Shown here: positions 63,655 to 64,000 of the stretch, piece by piece
Position numbering within the stretch: the first letter of the stretch is position 1
How the letters are laid out: each line of letters begins with the position of its first letter
Assembly: GCF_006345805.1 (NCBI RefSeq)
Contig: NC_043000.1
Location: 15,004,001-15,068,000 of the forward strand
Direction: 5' to 3'
DNA length: 64,000 nt
Source: Octopus sinensis
Lineage: Eukaryota
Translations under genes and position numbers: made by a program
The notes under the pieces: model-generated
Told to the model about the DNA's origin: nothing
Seen by the model: the letters and a program-made list of their open reading frames with translations, nothing else
The model's database searches: none

Positions 63655-64000
63655 GGCGTAGGCGTGGCTGTGTGGTAAGTAGCTTGCTTACGAACCACAT
63701 GGTTCCGGGTTCAGTCCCACTGCGTGGCACCTTGGGCAAGTGCCTTCTACTAAAGCCTCAGGCTGACGAAAGCCTTGTGAGGGGATTTGGTAGACGGAAA
63801 CTGAAAGAAGCCAGTTGTATATATATGTATGTGTGTGTCTATGTTTGTCCCCCCAACATTGCTTGACAACCGATGCTGGTGTGTTTACATCCCTGTAACT
63901 TAGCGGTTCAACAAAAGAGACCGATAGAATTAGTACTAGGCTTACAACGAATAAGTCCTGGGGTCGATTTGCTCGACTAAAGGCGGTGCTCCAGCATGGC
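63655..64000 (+). mobile_element. SINE family A (runs off window end)
   Basis: Same head and body. Confidence 0.85.

Noticed and set aside
50461-64000. Search for ARF exon 2 (GLDAAGKTT...)
   Set aside because: No such sequence was found by eye in any plus-strand frame; the intron appears to extend beyond the window.

Overview
Repeat-dense, AT-rich eukaryotic genomic DNA, most likely from an octopus. This inference rests on tRNA-derived SINE families resembling those described from Octopus; I did not verify the family names. Reading splice sites by hand gives three spliced genes that the ORF track mostly misses. (1) The 3' part of a CCP110/CP110 centriolar protein homologue (+, 8 exons, 2376-17784), which contains an intron with minor-spliceosome (U12-type) signals at 11807-14221. 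(2) A complete 4-exon LRRC20-like gene (-, 35423 to 28615, 173 aa), convergent with CCP110. (3) The first coding exon of a class II ARF GTPase (ARF4/5-like; +, 50394-50460), whose first intron runs off the window end. The rest is at least four SINE families, Helitron-like and piggyBac-like non-autonomous elements, foldback/MITE inverted repeats, decayed mariner, RTE, CR1 and Jockey/L2-type fragments, and mini/microsatellites. There is no CRISPR array, rRNA or genuine tRNA. I found no clearly novel system. The best leads are the U12 intron containing an inverted SINE pair, a ~300-bp-arm foldback in the CCP110 pre-mRNA, a duplicated CCP110 terminal exon/3'UTR relic, a possible signal-peptide first exon for LRRC20, and several locally templated insertions. 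All coordinates were read by hand; repeat boundaries are approximate.
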